A DNA stretch of 64,000 nucleotides from Micavibrio sp. TMED2 (GCA_002168225.1 NHBH01000009.1:785115-849114); one strand, 5' to 3'; counted from the stretch's first letter, positions 38,140 to 50,171 are shown. The notes: generated from the sequence alone by a model not told the origin. Program-made: numbers and translations.

Positions 38140-38655
38140 ATGTCTGATGTAAAATCGCCGACCGAGATACGGTTCTATCACCTGCAGCGTATGCCGGTGG
38201 AGCGGGCGCTGGGCATGATCCTGCAACGCATCATGGATCGTGGTCAGCGCGCACTTGTCTATGGCGGTTTGCCGGAACATCTAGCTTCGCTCGACAAGGC
38301 GCTCTGGGCCGGTAATCCGAACGGCTTTCTGCCGCATGGTCTGGCCGGTGATGCGGCAGCGGAGGCGCATATTGCTGACCAGCCGATCTGGCTCACCGAC
38401 CAGCTGGGCACTGATGGCGTGCCGCCGAATGCCGCTGATATTCTGCTGCAGATCGACGGGGCAACCGCCGATGCGGCGGCCATCGGGCCCTATGCCATGT
38501 GCTGTGATCTGTTCGATGGCCAGAACGAGCAGGCGGTGGCCGATGCCCGCCAGCGCTGGGTCAGTTACCGGGATGCCGGTTTCGCGCTCAGCTACTGGCA
38601 GGAAACCCCGAATGGCGGCTGGGAACAGAAGGCGGCGCATAGCCCGGATGCATAA
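38140..38655 (+). CDS. holC: DNA polymerase III chi subunit
   Basis: FYHL, LDKALW...FLPHG, QPIWL, ARQRW; pepA-holC synteny. Confidence 0.9.
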   Translation: MSDVKSPTEIRFYHLQRMPVERALGMILQRIMDRGQRALVYGGLPEHLASLDKALWAGNPNGFLPHGLAGDAAAEAHIADQPIWLTDQLGTDGVPPNAADILLQIDGATADAAAIGPYAMCCDLFDGQNEQAVADARQRWVSYRDAGFALSYWQETPNGGWEQKAAHSPDA

Positions 38656-38780
38656 TCCATCTGAGGCTTGCGGCAGCGCCTTCCCATGGATATAACCGCC
38701 CCGTTAAACAAGTGGTCGGGCGATCAACACTGTTCGACCCGTGCTTCCCATCAATCCAACTAGCATGAGAGAGCGTCCCC

Positions 38781-39203
38781 ATGGCGGTCGAACGCACATT
38801 ATCAATTATCAAACCCGATGCCACCCGTCGTAACCTGACCGGCAAGATCAACACCCGTTTTGAAGATGCCGGCCTGCGCATCGTCGCTCAGAAGCGGACC
38901 CAGCTGACCAAGGCTGAAGCCGAAGGCTTCTACGCCGAGCACAGCGAGCGTCCTTTCTTCGGTGATCTGGTGACCTTCATGATTTCCGGTCCGGTTGTTC
39001 TGCAGGTTCTGGAAGGCGAAGGCGCCATTGCCAAAAATCGCGAGATCATGGGTGCAACCAACCCTGAGAACGCCGATCCGGGCACCATCCGCAAGGATTT
39101 CGCCGAGAGCATTGAGGCAAACTCGGTTCACGGCTCTGATTCACCAGAAAGCGCAGCCCGCGAAGTAAGCTACTTCTTCGCCCAGACCGAGATTGTCGGC
39201 TGA
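38781..39203 (+). CDS. ndk: Nucleoside-diphosphate kinase
   Basis: [22 protein letters not shown]. Confidence 0.98.
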   Translation: MAVERTLSIIKPDATRRNLTGKINTRFEDAGLRIVAQKRTQLTKAEAEGFYAEHSERPFFGDLVTFMISGPVVLQVLEGEGAIAKNREIMGATNPENADPGTIRKDFAESIEANSVHGSDSPESAAREVSYFFAQTEIVG

Positions 39204-39230
39204 TCGTTGCTTCCAGTGATGTGAAACAAG

Positions 39231-39260
39231 AAAAGGCGACCGGATATCCGGTCGCCTTTT
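39231..39260. terminator. Bidirectional terminator (perfect 30-bp palindrome)
   Basis: AAAAGGCGACCGGATATCCGGTCGCCTTTT is its own reverse complement and lies between convergent genes. Confidence 0.85.
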
Positions 39261-39290
39261 TGTTTTGCAACAATGTCTTATGGGATTGTT

Positions 39291-39437
39291 TTAGAGCAGG
39301 GTAATGCCCATAAGCGCAACTACGATAACCACAGCGATGGTGGCATAGGTTGAAACCTTGGTGAACCACTTCCAGCCATTCTGGGCGCGCTCGAGATCTT
39401 CGGCTGAAACCTGTTGTGGTTGTTGTGTACCGGCCAT
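39291..39437 (-). CDS. Small single-TM protein, probable aa3-type cytochrome c oxidase subunit IV
   Basis: 48 aa MAGTQQPQQVSAEDLERAQNGWKWFTKVSTYATIAVVIVVALMGITLL; fits the subunit IV pattern of Wxx-F followed by a TM helix. Confidence 0.6.
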   Translation of the reverse strand: MAGTQQPQQVSAEDLERAQNGWKWFTKVSTYATIAVVIVVALMGITLL

Positions 39438-39556
39438 TGTCTGTCTACCTGCAAATGAATTTGTGTAACGGGTTACGGTGTCTGAACACCGCATGACTGA
39501 TTTATGGTGCCTGTCGGCGAGCCATGCAAGCCAAACAGGTACCGGTTAGTGATCTT

Positions 39557-40177
39557 TTACGCGAAGGTTGCGCGGTTCCGGTCGAGGGTGACCCCGCCAT
39601 TGGCCAGCATGGCCAGCGCTTCCGGGTAAATCTTGTGCTCAAGCGTTAGAATCCGGTCGCTCAGGCTGTCGGGGGTATCGTCAGTGAGCACAGGAACCGA
39701 GGCCTGCTGGATGATCGGCCCGCCATCCATCTCGGCGGTGACGAAATGCACGGTACAACCGGCAATGCGCACTCCGGCGCGGATCGCCTGACCCTGCGCA
39801 TCCAGCCCCTTGAACGAAGGCAGCAGGCTCGGGTGGATATTGATCAGCTTGCCGAGCCAGCGATCCACCAGCCATGGCGAGAGCAGGCGCATGAACCCGG
39901 CGAGGCAGACAATCTCGATATCCGCACTACGCAGGCTGTCGTCAATCGCAGCCTCGAAGGCCGGTTTGTCAGCAAAATCCTTGCGCTCGATCACCCGGGT
40001 TTCAATTCCTGCCTCTTTGGCGCGTTGCAGGCCATAGGCATCGGGTTTGTCAGAGATAACGAGGGCGATTTCCGCCGGGTACTGTTCGGCGCGGGCGGCA
40101 TCGATCAGGGATTGCAGATTGCTGCCGCGACCAGAGATCAGCACCCCGACGCGCTTCTTCGTTTGGGGCTTGCTCAT
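39557..40177 (-). CDS. purN: Phosphoribosylglycinamide formyltransferase
   Basis: [28 protein letters not shown]. Confidence 0.97.
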   Translation of the reverse strand: MSKPQTKKRVGVLISGRGSNLQSLIDAARAEQYPAEIALVISDKPDAYGLQRAKEAGIETRVIERKDFADKPAFEAAIDDSLRSADIEIVCLAGFMRLLSPWLVDRWLGKLINIHPSLLPSFKGLDAQGQAIRAGVRIAGCTVHFVTAEMDGGPIIQQASVPVLTDDTPDSLSDRILTLEHKIYPEALAMLANGGVTLDRNRATFA

Positions 40178-41268
40178 GCGGCAGGCTCCCAGGCAAGCCA
40201 GTCTGCATCCAGATTTTCGTAGCGAACCTGTGGCTCATCGCCGTCGCGTTGCTCAATGCGACCGATTTTCATGACGGTTTCGCCATTCTGTTTCAGCACG
40301 GCGCTGACCGCATCGGCCTGATCGGCGGGCACGGTCACAACCATGCCGATACCGCAGTTGAAGGTGCGGAGCATTTCGGTCGGGACGATATTTCCGGCCT
40401 TTGACAGCCAGCCGAATACCGGTGCCGGTTTCCAGCTGTTCATGTCGAAAACGGCGGTCACATCATCGGGCATGATGCGTGGCATGTTCTCGGGCAACCC
40501 GCCGCCGGTGATGTGACAGAAGCCATGCACATGCCCGGTTCTGAAGGCAGCGAGGCAGGAACGCACATAGATTTTGGTCGGGGCGAGCAGGGCGCTGGCG
40601 AGGCTCTGTCCGGCATCAAATGGCGCCGGTGCGTCGAGGCTCAGACCCTGCTGCTCGATAACCTGGCGCACAAGAGAAAAACCGTTTGAATGCAAGCCGT
40701 TAGAGGCAATGCCTAACATAACATCACCAGGACGGGTGAGGTCGCCTTTCAGCATTTCCTCACGCTCAACCGCGCCGAGAGAAAAGCCCGCGAGGTCGTA
40801 ATCATCCTTGTCATAGAGACCCGGCATCTCGGCGGTCTCGCCACCGATCAGTGCGCAGTTGGCGCGGCGGCAACCCTCGGCGATACCGCTCAGGATTGCG
40901 CGGCCGGTTTCAACACTCAGACGCCCGGTGGCATAATAGTCGAGGAACAGCAGCGGTTCGGCACCCTGTACCACGAGGTCATTGACGCACATGGCGACGA
41001 GATCAATGCCGATCGTGTGGTGGGTATCGCTTTCAATCGCCAGTTTCAGCTTGGTACCGACACCGTCGGTTCCGGCGACCAGTATCGGGTCCTTGTAACC
41101 GGCAGCCTTCAGATCAAAGGCCGCGCCAAAGCCACCGAGGGCACCATCGGCACCGGGACGGGCGGTTGAACGGGCGAGTGGCTTGATTGCCTCGACTAGT
41201 GCGTTTCCGGCATCGATATCGACCCCGGCATCGCGGTATGTCTGACTGGTTCTAGTTTCTTGTGTCAC
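40174..41268 (-). CDS. purM: AIR synthase
   Basis: [36 protein letters not shown]. Confidence 0.97.
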   Translation of the reverse strand: MTQETRTSQTYRDAGVDIDAGNALVEAIKPLARSTARPGADGALGGFGAAFDLKAAGYKDPILVAGTDGVGTKLKLAIESDTHHTIGIDLVAMCVNDLVVQGAEPLLFLDYYATGRLSVETGRAILSGIAEGCRRANCALIGGETAEMPGLYDKDDYDLAGFSLGAVEREEMLKGDLTRPGDVMLGIASNGLHSNGFSLVRQVIEQQGLSLDAPAPFDAGQSLASALLAPTKIYVRSCLAAFRTGHVHGFCHITGGGLPENMPRIMPDDVTAVFDMNSWKPAPVFGWLSKAGNIVPTEMLRTFNCGIGMVVTVPADQADAVSAVLKQNGETVMKIGRIEQRDGDEPQVRYENLDADWLAWEPAA

Positions 41269-41365
41269 GGTGGGTTATAGCTGGCTGACAAATGGGTGGC
41301 TGTTATAGTGCCCGCGAACATAACGGACCTTACGGCCAATGCAATGGCCGCAGATGCTTTGCGTG

Positions 41366-42640
41366 ATGAGAATAGTAAAAAATCAGATACCAGCCCTGTT
41401 GACTGGCGCCCTGTTCCTCGTGGTTGTGCTCGGTTTTTCCGGCTTTGCCAAGGCTGAACCGTCGCTTGCAACCCTGCATACCGTTTCCGGCATCAATGTG
41501 GATGTTACGGCCAAGAACGCCGTGCAGGCACGTGAGCAGGCCATCGCACAGGCGCAGAATCGTGCGCTCTCAATCCTGCTGCAGCGTCTGACCCTGCTGG
41601 ATAGTGTCGGTGCCTCGAAACTGGCCGAGGCCAATCCGGGCAATCTGGTGGAGAATTTCGAGATTGCCGGTGAGCGCAGCTCCAATGTTCGCTATCTCGG
41701 CGAGTTTACGGTCCAGTTCAAACCACAGGAGATCCGTCGCTTCCTGCGGGAGAACGGTGTCGGGTTCTCCGAAGCGTTCCGCCCGCCGATGCTGGTGCTG
41801 CCGGTACTGCAGGGTGATTTCGGCAACCGGCTCTGGGACTCCCCGAACCCGTGGCGCGATATCTGGCAGAACGCATCCGGCCAGTATCAGCTTCTGAGCC
41901 TGATGATACCGTCCGGCGGCCTCAATGATATGGTGGCAGGCAATGTGGATCAGGTCATGGCCGGGTCGGAAGAGGCGATTGTCAATTTGCGCAACCGCTA
42001 TGGTGCGGAATCGGTTCTGGTTGCGGCGGCCCGTGTGATCCCGGCGTCAGATACAGCGCCGCTGCGTCTTGCCGTGGAATATACCGAGTTCGGGCGTGCC
42101 ATCCGGGGTGAGGGCGTACGGGCCGGTGAACGTATCTTCGGCCTGATCGACACCACCTCGATCACCCTGTCGGCAAATGCCGGGGAGAGCGAAACTGAAC
42201 TCATGTACCGCGCCCGTGCCGCAGTACTCGATCGCCTGAACCGTGCCTGGAAACAGGCCAGTGTCGTGACCCTGTCGACCGAGAGCGGGCGTATCAATAT
42301 GGCGGTGGCGATCAGTTCCCTCGGCGAATGGCGTCAGGTACAGCGCCTATTGGCGAGCGAGACCGCGATTTCCGGTGTCACGATCCTGTCCATGGCCAAG
42401 AACCGTGCCCGCATCGCCGTTGACCATCTTGGCAGTGTCGGAGAGCTGCGTCGCCTGCTGGCCCAGAAGGGCCTGAACCTGTCGGCGGAGGCGCTGTCGG
42501 TCGATCCATCCCTTGATGGCGATCTGACCCGCAGCCAGCCACGCCTGATCGATCCGGTGACCAATGCGATCAATGATCCCCAGCGTCAGGGGGCAGTGAT
42601 CTCGACCCCGACCTATCTGCTGACCCTGTCACGGTCCTGA
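41366..42640 (+). CDS. DUF2066-domain exported protein
   Basis: Signal peptide; VDVTA...AREQAIAQAQ; LVLPV...LW...NPW; divergent from purM as is usual. Confidence 0.7.
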   Translation: MRIVKNQIPALLTGALFLVVVLGFSGFAKAEPSLATLHTVSGINVDVTAKNAVQAREQAIAQAQNRALSILLQRLTLLDSVGASKLAEANPGNLVENFEIAGERSSNVRYLGEFTVQFKPQEIRRFLRENGVGFSEAFRPPMLVLPVLQGDFGNRLWDSPNPWRDIWQNASGQYQLLSLMIPSGGLNDMVAGNVDQVMAGSEEAIVNLRNRYGAESVLVAAARVIPASDTAPLRLAVEYTEFGRAIRGEGVRAGERIFGLIDTTSITLSANAGESETELMYRARAAVLDRLNRAWKQASVVTLSTESGRINMAVAISSLGEWRQVQRLLASETAISGVTILSMAKNRARIAVDHLGSVGELRRLLAQKGLNLSAEALSVDPSLDGDLTRSQPRLIDPVTNAINDPQRQGAVISTPTYLLTLSRS

Positions 42641-42680
42641 GCCAACCTTTCTGCTGCCCCTAACATAGTGCTACCAGACC

Positions 42681-43832
42681 ATGCTTGATCCAGATACCCA
42701 GCCACCGCGCAAGGCAACCATCCCGGCCAAGGACCAGCTGCGGTTCTGGGGACTGGCGGCGCTCGTCTTCATCGCGCTGGTCTGGCTGCTCAATGATGTG
42801 CTGCTGCCATTTGTTGCCGGTATTGCTCTCGCCTATCTGCTCGACCCGGTGGTGGAGAAACTGGCGGCTGGGCGCATGCCGCGCTGGCTCGCCGTGCTCT
42901 GTGTGCTCGGCAGCTTTGGTCTCGCCTTTATCCTGCTGATCCTGATTGCGGCACCGCTGATCAAGCAGCAGGTGGCCGACCTGATTGCCGCCATCCCGGA
43001 ATATACCCGACAGATCAAGGATGTGATCGGTCCCCGGATTGCCGATATTACCGCCCAGTTCTCAAGCGAAGATGTGGAGCGGCTGCGCAGTGCCGCTGGT
43101 AACTATGCCGGTTCGTTCCTGTCATGGATCGGCGGCTTGATCGAGGGGATTGTCACCAGCAGTGCGGCGATTGCCAATATCCTGTCGGTGGTTCTGCTGA
43201 CCCCGCTCGTGGCCTTCTACATGCTGCGTGACTGGCCGCATATAACCAAAATTGTTGACGACCTGCTGCCAAAGGAACATGCGCCGACCATTCGCGGTAT
43301 CCTGCAGGATATTGACCGGACCATGGCCGGTTTTGTGCGCGGACAGCTGACCGTCTGCTTTATCCTCGGCTCATTCTATGCCATCGCGCTCAGCATCGCC
43401 GGGCTCAACTTCGGCTTTGTGATCGGCCTGACCTCTGGCCTGCTGTCCTTTATCCCCTATATCGGTTCCGGTTTCGGGCTGGTTGCCAGTATCGGTGTTG
43501 CGATCTTCCAGTTTCAGGACCCGACCATGGTTGGCATTATCGCCGCCATCTTCCTCGGCGGACAGCTGGTCGAGGGCAATTACCTGACCCCGCGTCTGGT
43601 GGGCGGCAGTGTCGGCCTGCATGATGTCTGGGTGATCTTTGCCCTGATGGTTGGCGGCTCGCTGCTCGGGTTTACCGGGCTGATGCTGGCGGTGCCGGTT
43701 GCGGCGATTATCGGGGTACTTATCCGCTTCGGTATCAGTCGTTACAAGCAATCCGCCGTCTATCAGGGGGGCGAAACGGTTGAGGCTGCCCCGGCGGTAA
43801 GCGAGACAACCGGCGCAGGCGAGAATGGCTGA
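42681..43832 (+). CDS. AI-2E/PerM-family permease
   Basis: LLPF...AYLLDP, FYMLRD, FIPYIG, EGNYLTPRLVG...GLH. Confidence 0.92.
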   Translation: MLDPDTQPPRKATIPAKDQLRFWGLAALVFIALVWLLNDVLLPFVAGIALAYLLDPVVEKLAAGRMPRWLAVLCVLGSFGLAFILLILIAAPLIKQQVADLIAAIPEYTRQIKDVIGPRIADITAQFSSEDVERLRSAAGNYAGSFLSWIGGLIEGIVTSSAAIANILSVVLLTPLVAFYMLRDWPHITKIVDDLLPKEHAPTIRGILQDIDRTMAGFVRGQLTVCFILGSFYAIALSIAGLNFGFVIGLTSGLLSFIPYIGSGFGLVASIGVAIFQFQDPTMVGIIAAIFLGGQLVEGNYLTPRLVGGSVGLHDVWVIFALMVGGSLLGFTGLMLAVPVAAIIGVLIRFGISRYKQSAVYQGGETVEAAPAVSETTGAGENG

Positions 43833-44538
43833 TACGATTTCAGCAGCCGACCAGATCGCCCTGCCGCTGGAGAATGCGCCACGGTTCGGGCGCGACGATT
43901 ATATGGTCGGGGCGAGCAATGAGGCGGCTCTCGCCTGGTGTGACCGTTGGCCCGACTGGCCCGCGCCGGTTATCGTCCTCGTCGGCCCACCGGGTGCCGG
44001 CAAGTCCCACCTCCTGACCATCTGGCAACAACAGAGTGGTGCGGAAAACCTGCCGGTTGAGAAACTGGCACCTGACCTGATTGCCGAGATCGGCGGACGC
44101 GAACAACCGCCATTGCTGGCCATCGATCAGGCTGACCGGATTGTCGGTGATCCGGTGGCGGAAGAGGGGTTGTTTCACCTGTTCAACCATGTCCGGGCCG
44201 AGGGTGGCTCGATGCTGCTGACGGCGGCACAGCAACCAGCGCGCTGGGGATTGGCGCTGCCCGATCTGGAATCCCGGCTCAAGGCATCGCCGGTTATCAC
44301 ACTGGCGGCACCCGATGACGCCATGATGGCAGCCCTACTGGTGAAACAGCTTGCCGACCGACAGTTGATCGTCGGACAGGAAGTAGTGGATTACCTGCTG
44401 GCGCGGGTCGAGCGTTCCTATGCTGCCATTCGTGATCTGGTGGCGGCACTGGATCAGCTGTCGCTCGCCAAACACCGCCGGATTACCGTGCCGCTTGCAC
44501 GGGAAATATTGAACGAACAAGATCAGTCATTGTTTTAG
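43825..44538 (+). CDS. hdaA: DnaA-related inactivator HdaA
   Basis: Clamp-binding-like QIALPL, GPPGAGKSH, LFHLFN, PDLESRL. Confidence 0.88.
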   Translation: MADTISAADQIALPLENAPRFGRDDYMVGASNEAALAWCDRWPDWPAPVIVLVGPPGAGKSHLLTIWQQQSGAENLPVEKLAPDLIAEIGGREQPPLLAIDQADRIVGDPVAEEGLFHLFNHVRAEGGSMLLTAAQQPARWGLALPDLESRLKASPVITLAAPDDAMMAALLVKQLADRQLIVGQEVVDYLLARVERSYAAIRDLVAALDQLSLAKHRRITVPLAREILNEQDQSLF

Positions 44539-44557
44539 TGCCAGGGAGCATAAAATC

Positions 44558-45337
44558 ATGGATTTGGGCCTGACCGGAAAAACAGCATTGGTATGTGCCG
44601 CCAGCAAGGGGCTGGGGCGCGCCTGTGCCGAGGCGCTCGCCGCCGAGGGCTGTGCCGTTACCATCACCGCCCGTGATGAGGCGCAGCTGATCGCCACCGC
44701 GCGCGAGATCGAGGCGAAGACTGGTCAGAAGGTTGGCTATGTCGCTGGTGACATCACAACAGAAGAAGGACAGGCGGCAGCACTGCTGGCCTGTCCAACG
44801 CCGGATATTATGGTCAACAACGCCGGTGGCCCGCCGCCCGGTGATTTCAGGGACTGGAGCCGGGATGACTGGATCAAGGCGCTCGATGCCAACATGCTGA
44901 CCGCGATCATGTTGAGCAAGGCCGTTGTCGATGGCATGGCGGCGCGCAAATTTGGTCGGATCATCAATATCACCTCGGCGGCGGTCAAGGCACCGATCGA
45001 GCTGCTCGGCCTGTCCAACGGGTCGCGCGCCGGTCTGACCGGCTTTATGGCCGGGTTGGCGCGGCAACTGGCCGGTGACGGGATCACGATCAACAATCTG
45101 CTGCCGGGACCGTTCGAGACCGACCGGCTGAAAAGCACCCTTGGTGCCGTTGCCGACAAGACCGGACGACCGATTGCCGATGTTCGGGCCGAGCGTATGG
45201 CGCAGAACCCGGCGGGCCGGTTCGGTGATCCGGTGGAGTTCGGTGCTGCCTGTGCGTTTCTGGCCAGCGACAAGGCCGGTTTCATCAACGGGCAAAATCT
45301 GGTACTCGATGGTGGTGCCTTCCGGGGCACGCTCTGA
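44558..45337 (+). CDS. SDR-family oxidoreductase
   Basis: MDLGLTGK, AASKGLG, NNAGGPPPG; atypical SNGSR at the catalytic position. Confidence 0.88.
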   Translation: MDLGLTGKTALVCAASKGLGRACAEALAAEGCAVTITARDEAQLIATAREIEAKTGQKVGYVAGDITTEEGQAAALLACPTPDIMVNNAGGPPPGDFRDWSRDDWIKALDANMLTAIMLSKAVVDGMAARKFGRIINITSAAVKAPIELLGLSNGSRAGLTGFMAGLARQLAGDGITINNLLPGPFETDRLKSTLGAVADKTGRPIADVRAERMAQNPAGRFGDPVEFGAACAFLASDKAGFINGQNLVLDGGAFRGTL

Positions 45338-45355
45338 TCTATTGCCTGTCTTTCG

Positions 45356-46960
45356 CTAGTGGCTCGGGTCGATGATCCAGTCATCGGCCTTGCGGCGGAC
45401 CTTCTGCCAGCGTTTTGTCAGTTTTGGATCCGCATGTTCCAGCGCCGTTCGCCAGATCGCCTGCTGTTCACCAAGGGCTGTTTCCGCATCCTGATTGCCG
45501 CGCAGTGAGGCATGTTCCGAGAGGCGTCCCAGCAGGTCGATGGCGGTGAACATATCATTCTGCTGCCCGAGCTTGTCCTGCAGCTTCGCCATTGCCTTAG
45601 TGGCTGTTTTTAGATGACTGGTTCCAGTCAGTTCACTCACAATATCAGCGACATAGCGCGTCTTTTTGACCTTGAGGCGGAACCGGTGCTGGCGTCTCGG
45701 TTTGAGGCTGTGCAGCCTCTGTCCGCGCCTGTCCATGCGGTCCAGCTGTTCTATCAGCCAGCGGGAGCCAATCGCTCTGAACTCCTGTTGCATGGTATTG
45801 GGCAGCCTGGTCTGGCCGGTGGCCAGTTGCGTCAGGCGTAACAGCAGATCGGCATAGCGTTGGTCATTCAATGCCGAGATCAGCCTTGCCCGCGCTTCAC
45901 GTCGACAGGCGTCGGCGGCGGGCTGGAGGTAGTCAGCGATGTTGTCTTCATCATCCATATGACAGTGCCGGAGGTCGGGCAGGGTCTCGGACAGGAACAC
46001 ATCCCAGTTGCGCAAACTGCCGAGCTTGCCGCGCAGCCATTTGAGTTCGGTCAGCAAGGTGCCGCATGGTGAGGCTTCAAGTTGCGCACGCAAGGGGCGG
46101 GTGATCGCATCCAGTCGGCGGAGTGATACCCGCATCTGGTGCACGCCCTCGGGGCTGCTGTCGGCAAACACGACAAACTGGTTGGCCAGCAGATCGCCAA
46201 GGGTCTTTCCCGCTTGCCGTGCAAGGGCGGTGGCGGCGCTGTCCGTGGGTGAGAGTTGCGCCGGTTTGGCCTTTTGCACCACCGGATAACGGCCATCGGC
46301 GAGCCGGTAGCCCTGTTCGGCCTTGCTGCCCCCGGCCAGCCGGGCACCGCTTGCGGTGACGAGGATTTCGGCCAGCCGGTACAGAGTATTTTCATCGCCC
46401 TTTTTCAGCTCAAGCTCCACCTCGGCCAGAACCTGTTCTGCAGCACCGGCGCGCAGGACGCCGTGGTCATAGGCGATTTCGATCAGGGTGCCATTGAGGT
46501 CGATATTCTGGATATGCCGGGTGATATCGGTCTCGAACACCGGTTCCAGTGATCGGTGCCACTCCAGCGGCAGGGTGATGCTGTCGCCAAATGCCAGATC
46601 GAGAATTTCGGGCCGTGGTTCGGCATCGTTCAGCGACCATTCCCATTCCTGTCGCCGTGAACCACCGGCAAAGCCCTTGTCGCTACCGCGCCATTTCAGG
46701 TGCTGCAGCCATTGATCGCCCTTGTTGCGGACCCGCAGGGCGATGCCGTTCTGCCAGAGCAGGCGGTCGGGCGTATCGTAATAACGGCTGATCAGCTTCA
46801 CCGCGCGGGGTGCCGCGGCTTTAATGTCCGGCAATCCGTGTTCGGCGAGTTGCTTCAGCCGGGCCGGGGGCAGGGTGAATTTCAGTTCGATTTCTTCACT
46901 GACCGCTGGCTTGGCCGTGCCGGTTTTATCGCCCTGCCTGATCTTGCCGGATGCGGCCAT
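45356..46960 (-). CDS. CYTH + CHAD domain protein (inorganic triphosphatase-like)
   Basis: EIELK, YYDT, LRVR, EVELELK, SKAEQGY; CHAD motifs HQMRVSLRRL and HRFRLKVKKTRY. Confidence 0.9.
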   Translation of the reverse strand: MAASGKIRQGDKTGTAKPAVSEEIELKFTLPPARLKQLAEHGLPDIKAAAPRAVKLISRYYDTPDRLLWQNGIALRVRNKGDQWLQHLKWRGSDKGFAGGSRRQEWEWSLNDAEPRPEILDLAFGDSITLPLEWHRSLEPVFETDITRHIQNIDLNGTLIEIAYDHGVLRAGAAEQVLAEVELELKKGDENTLYRLAEILVTASGARLAGGSKAEQGYRLADGRYPVVQKAKPAQLSPTDSAATALARQAGKTLGDLLANQFVVFADSSPEGVHQMRVSLRRLDAITRPLRAQLEASPCGTLLTELKWLRGKLGSLRNWDVFLSETLPDLRHCHMDDEDNIADYLQPAADACRREARARLISALNDQRYADLLLRLTQLATGQTRLPNTMQQEFRAIGSRWLIEQLDRMDRRGQRLHSLKPRRQHRFRLKVKKTRYVADIVSELTGTSHLKTATKAMAKLQDKLGQQNDMFTAIDLLGRLSEHASLRGNQDAETALGEQQAIWRTALEHADPKLTKRWQKVRRKADDWIIDPSH

Positions 46961-46963
46961 CGC

Positions 46964-47536
46964 TTACCCCGCCATGGCCATCAGTGATTTGGGTGTGCGG
47001 AACAGGGCCAGATCGCCTGTTGGCGCATCGGGCAGTGCGGACCAGTCCGGTATGTCGAGATCGAATACGGCCAGTGCGGCAGTCGGGTACTTCCGGCGCA
47101 TGGCAATGGCACCCTCGCTATCCATATCGGCGGGTCTGAGCAGGGACAGGCCAAAATCATGCAAGTCAGGGTTGTGGGCAATGATCATGATGCTGCGCGG
47201 TGCCGTCTCCACCTGCCGCAGCCGCCGGATGAAACCCTCGACGCCACAGAGATACAGGCCGCGATCAATCTCGGCGGTAATGCTGGTACTCCATTTGCGT
47301 TCGGCCAGTTCCAGTGTGTCCAGTGCGCGGGTCGCTGAGGAGCACAGGATCAGATCGGGTAGCAGGCCCTGTTCCGCCATGAACAGGCCCATGGATTTGG
47401 CGGCACGAACCCCGCGTGGTGCCAGTGGCCGGTCATGGTCGGCCAGTTCCGGTTGATCCCATGCCGATTTGGCGTGGCGCAAGAGGATGAGCCGATGCCT
47501 CGGCCTGTCCTCATCCGGTTGTGCTGCTTCTGACAT
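46964..47536 (-). CDS. sixA: SixA-family histidine phosphatase
   Basis: [22 protein letters not shown]. Confidence 0.85.
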   Translation of the reverse strand: MSEAAQPDEDRPRHRLILLRHAKSAWDQPELADHDRPLAPRGVRAAKSMGLFMAEQGLLPDLILCSSATRALDTLELAERKWSTSITAEIDRGLYLCGVEGFIRRLRQVETAPRSIMIIAHNPDLHDFGLSLLRPADMDSEGAIAMRRKYPTAALAVFDLDIPDWSALPDAPTGDLALFRTPKSLMAMAG

Positions 47537-47750
47537 TTTCCTCACCTGTCTCCGGTTTGTTTATTATCGCTTGTTGATAGAACGAATATTAGCCAAGCAA
47601 CTTGACCAAGTGTCTGTTTTCTCAGGCGGTTTATTGATGAAAAACCGTTTTTACTGTCGTTTGGCGCTGGTGATTGCGGCGTGTTTTCCTGTATATGTTT
47701 CCCAGCATACCATTGCAGCCTGCCGAATTCAGCACCCCTTTGTTGTGAGC

Positions 47751-50084
47751 ATGACCGAAACACCATCCCTCGACCCCGCGCTAGCCAGCAATGAGAGTGC
47801 GGATGAATCCGGTGATTTCGATGGTGATATGTCGCTGCCGGATATGGTTATCGACCAGATACCGGAGATACAGCCGGGTGAGAATGCCCTGAAAATCCGC
47901 CCAGCAACCGGTCGTGATGCACCGGTGCCCGAGGCGATCGCAACCGATGATCCCAACCGGTTTATCAACCGTGAGTTGTCCTGGTTGTCGTTCAACCAGC
48001 GGGTGCTTGAGGAAAGTTATAACGCCAGCCACCCATTGCTCGAACGGGTCCGGTTCCTGTCCATCTCGGCCAGCAATCTGGATGAGTTCTACATGGTTCG
48101 CGTGGCCGGTCTGATCGGTCAGAAGGCGGAAGGTTTCAGGAAGCTGACTCCGGAAGGGCTGACCCCGTCGGAACAGCTCACCGTGATCAACCAGCGTGCG
48201 GCGGAACTGATGCAGGATCAGCAGACCTGTTACCGCACCCTACGTTCGGAGCTGGCGGAGCAGGGGATCAGGGTGGTGCGCACCAATGATCTCGAACCGG
48301 AAGACCTGAAATGGCTGGAGAACAAGTTTCTCGCCGATTTCTTCCCGGTGCTGACGCCGATTGCCATTGATCCGGCGCATCCGTTCCCGTTCATTCCGAA
48401 TGAGGGGTTTGCGCTGGCGATCAAGCTGCGCAATGCCGACAGTGACGAGGATATGGATGCGCTGATCCCGCTGCCGAACGGGTTATCGCGCTTTATCCGG
48501 TTGCCCGGTGATGCCAGCGGTACCGCGCGTTTTGTCCTGCTTGAACGCATGGTTATCGAGTTTCTGTATCATCTGTTCCCGCCACCATTCGAACTGGTCG
48601 GCAGTGGAGCGTTCCGGGTGATCCGGGACAGTGAGGTCGAGCTTGATGAAGAGGCGGAAGACCTCGTCCGCACCTTCGAGAGTGCCTTGAAGCGGCGCAA
48701 GCGCGGTGAGGTGATCCGCCTGACCTTTGAACAGCGCATGCCCGCCGATCTGCGTGAGTTTCTGCGCGAGGAACTGGAAGCCGATCCCGAGGATTGCTTC
48801 GTCTTCGATGGTCTGCTCGGCCTTGTCGATACCAAGGAGCTGATCCTCGACGAGCGCGAGGATCTGCTGTTTCCGCCCTATCAGGCCCGGTTCCCCGAGC
48901 GTATTCGCGATTTCAACGGCGATTGCTTCGCCGCGATCCGGCACAAGGACATTCTGGTCCACCATCCCTATGAGAGCTTCGATGTGGTGGTGCAGTTCCT
49001 GCGGCAGGCGGCACGCGATCCGGATGTCATCGCGATCAAGCAGACGCTGTACCGGACCAGTAAGGACTCTCCGATCATCAGCGCACTGGTCGAGGCCGCC
49101 GAGGCGGGCAAATCGGTTACCGCCATGGTGGAAATCCGCGCCCGGTTCGATGAGGAAGCCAATCTGCGCTGGGCCCGCGACCTTGAACGCTCCGGCGCGC
49201 AGGTGGTGCTCGGTTTTGCCGATCTCAAAACCCATGCCAAGGTCTCTATGGTGGTACGCAAGGAAGCGCAGGGTTTGCGGACCTATGTCCACCTCGGCAC
49301 CGGCAATTATCACCCGATCACGGCAAAGATTTATACCGACCTGTCATTCTTCACCTGTGATCCGATGCTCTGTTACGATGCGGCACAGCTGTTCAACTAT
49401 ATGACCGGCTATGCCAAGCCATCCCGGATGAACAAGCTGTCGATTGCACCGCTGAACCTGCGGGAGAAGCTTGAGCAGTCAATCAAGGCGGAGATCGAGC
49501 ACGCCAAAGCGGGCGAGCCGGCAGCGATCTGGTTCAAGATGAACTCTCTGGTCGATGATACGCTGATTGATCTGTTGTATGAGGCATCGAATGCCGGTGT
49601 GAAAGTCGCACTGGTTGTGCGCGGCATCTGTTGCCTGCGGCCCGGCATCCCGGGATTGTCGGAAAACATCACTGTCTATTCCATCGTCGGTCGCCATCTG
49701 GAGCACAGCCGTATCTATTGTTTCGGTAATGGCCGTGGTCTGCCGTCGGATGAGGCGTTGGTAATGATCTCCTCGGCTGATTTGATGCCGCGCAATCTTG
49801 ATCGCCGGATAGAAACCCTGGTCCCGATCGAGAACCGGACGGTGCACCGACAGGTGCTGAACCAGATTATGGTCGCCAATCTCAAAGACACCGAACAATG
49901 TTGGGTGATGCAGCCTGACGGGCAGTATGAGCGGTTCCATCTGCCCGAGGATGCCGACCCGAAAGAGCGGTTTTCCGCGCATCGTTACTTCATGACCAAT
50001 CCGAGCCTGTCCGGTCGGGGCAGTGCGATGCAGGAACAACACCGTCCACCGACATTGAGCCTCGATGAACGGCGCAGGCGCTAG
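47751..50084 (+). CDS. ppk1: Polyphosphate kinase 1
   Basis: [49 protein letters not shown]; start placed at 47751. Confidence 0.95.
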   Translation: MTETPSLDPALASNESADESGDFDGDMSLPDMVIDQIPEIQPGENALKIRPATGRDAPVPEAIATDDPNRFINRELSWLSFNQRVLEESYNASHPLLERVRFLSISASNLDEFYMVRVAGLIGQKAEGFRKLTPEGLTPSEQLTVINQRAAELMQDQQTCYRTLRSELAEQGIRVVRTNDLEPEDLKWLENKFLADFFPVLTPIAIDPAHPFPFIPNEGFALAIKLRNADSDEDMDALIPLPNGLSRFIRLPGDASGTARFVLLERMVIEFLYHLFPPPFELVGSGAFRVIRDSEVELDEEAEDLVRTFESALKRRKRGEVIRLTFEQRMPADLREFLREELEADPEDCFVFDGLLGLVDTKELILDEREDLLFPPYQARFPERIRDFNGDCFAAIRHKDILVHHPYESFDVVVQFLRQAARDPDVIAIKQTLYRTSKDSPIISALVEAAEAGKSVTAMVEIRARFDEEANLRWARDLERSGAQVVLGFADLKTHAKVSMVVRKEAQGLRTYVHLGTGNYHPITAKIYTDLSFFTCDPMLCYDAAQLFNYMTGYAKPSRMNKLSIAPLNLREKLEQSIKAEIEHAKAGEPAAIWFKMNSLVDDTLIDLLYEASNAGVKVALVVRGICCLRPGIPGLSENITVYSIVGRHLEHSRIYCFGNGRGLPSDEALVMISSADLMPRNLDRRIETLVPIENRTVHRQVLNQIMVANLKDTEQCWVMQPDGQYERFHLPEDADPKERFSAHRYFMTNPSLSGRGSAMQEQHRPPTLSLDERRRR

Positions 50085-50171
50085 CGGCGTTTGTTAATGC
50101 GATGCTGTTCTTGCTCTCAGCGCTGTGCCACCGTATGACCACGGGGAACAGCCCGTAACCACACTGTATTT

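Noticed and set aside
47546-47750. Possible Pho box upstream of ppk1
   Set aside because: I found no convincing CTGTCAT-type direct repeat with 11-bp period.
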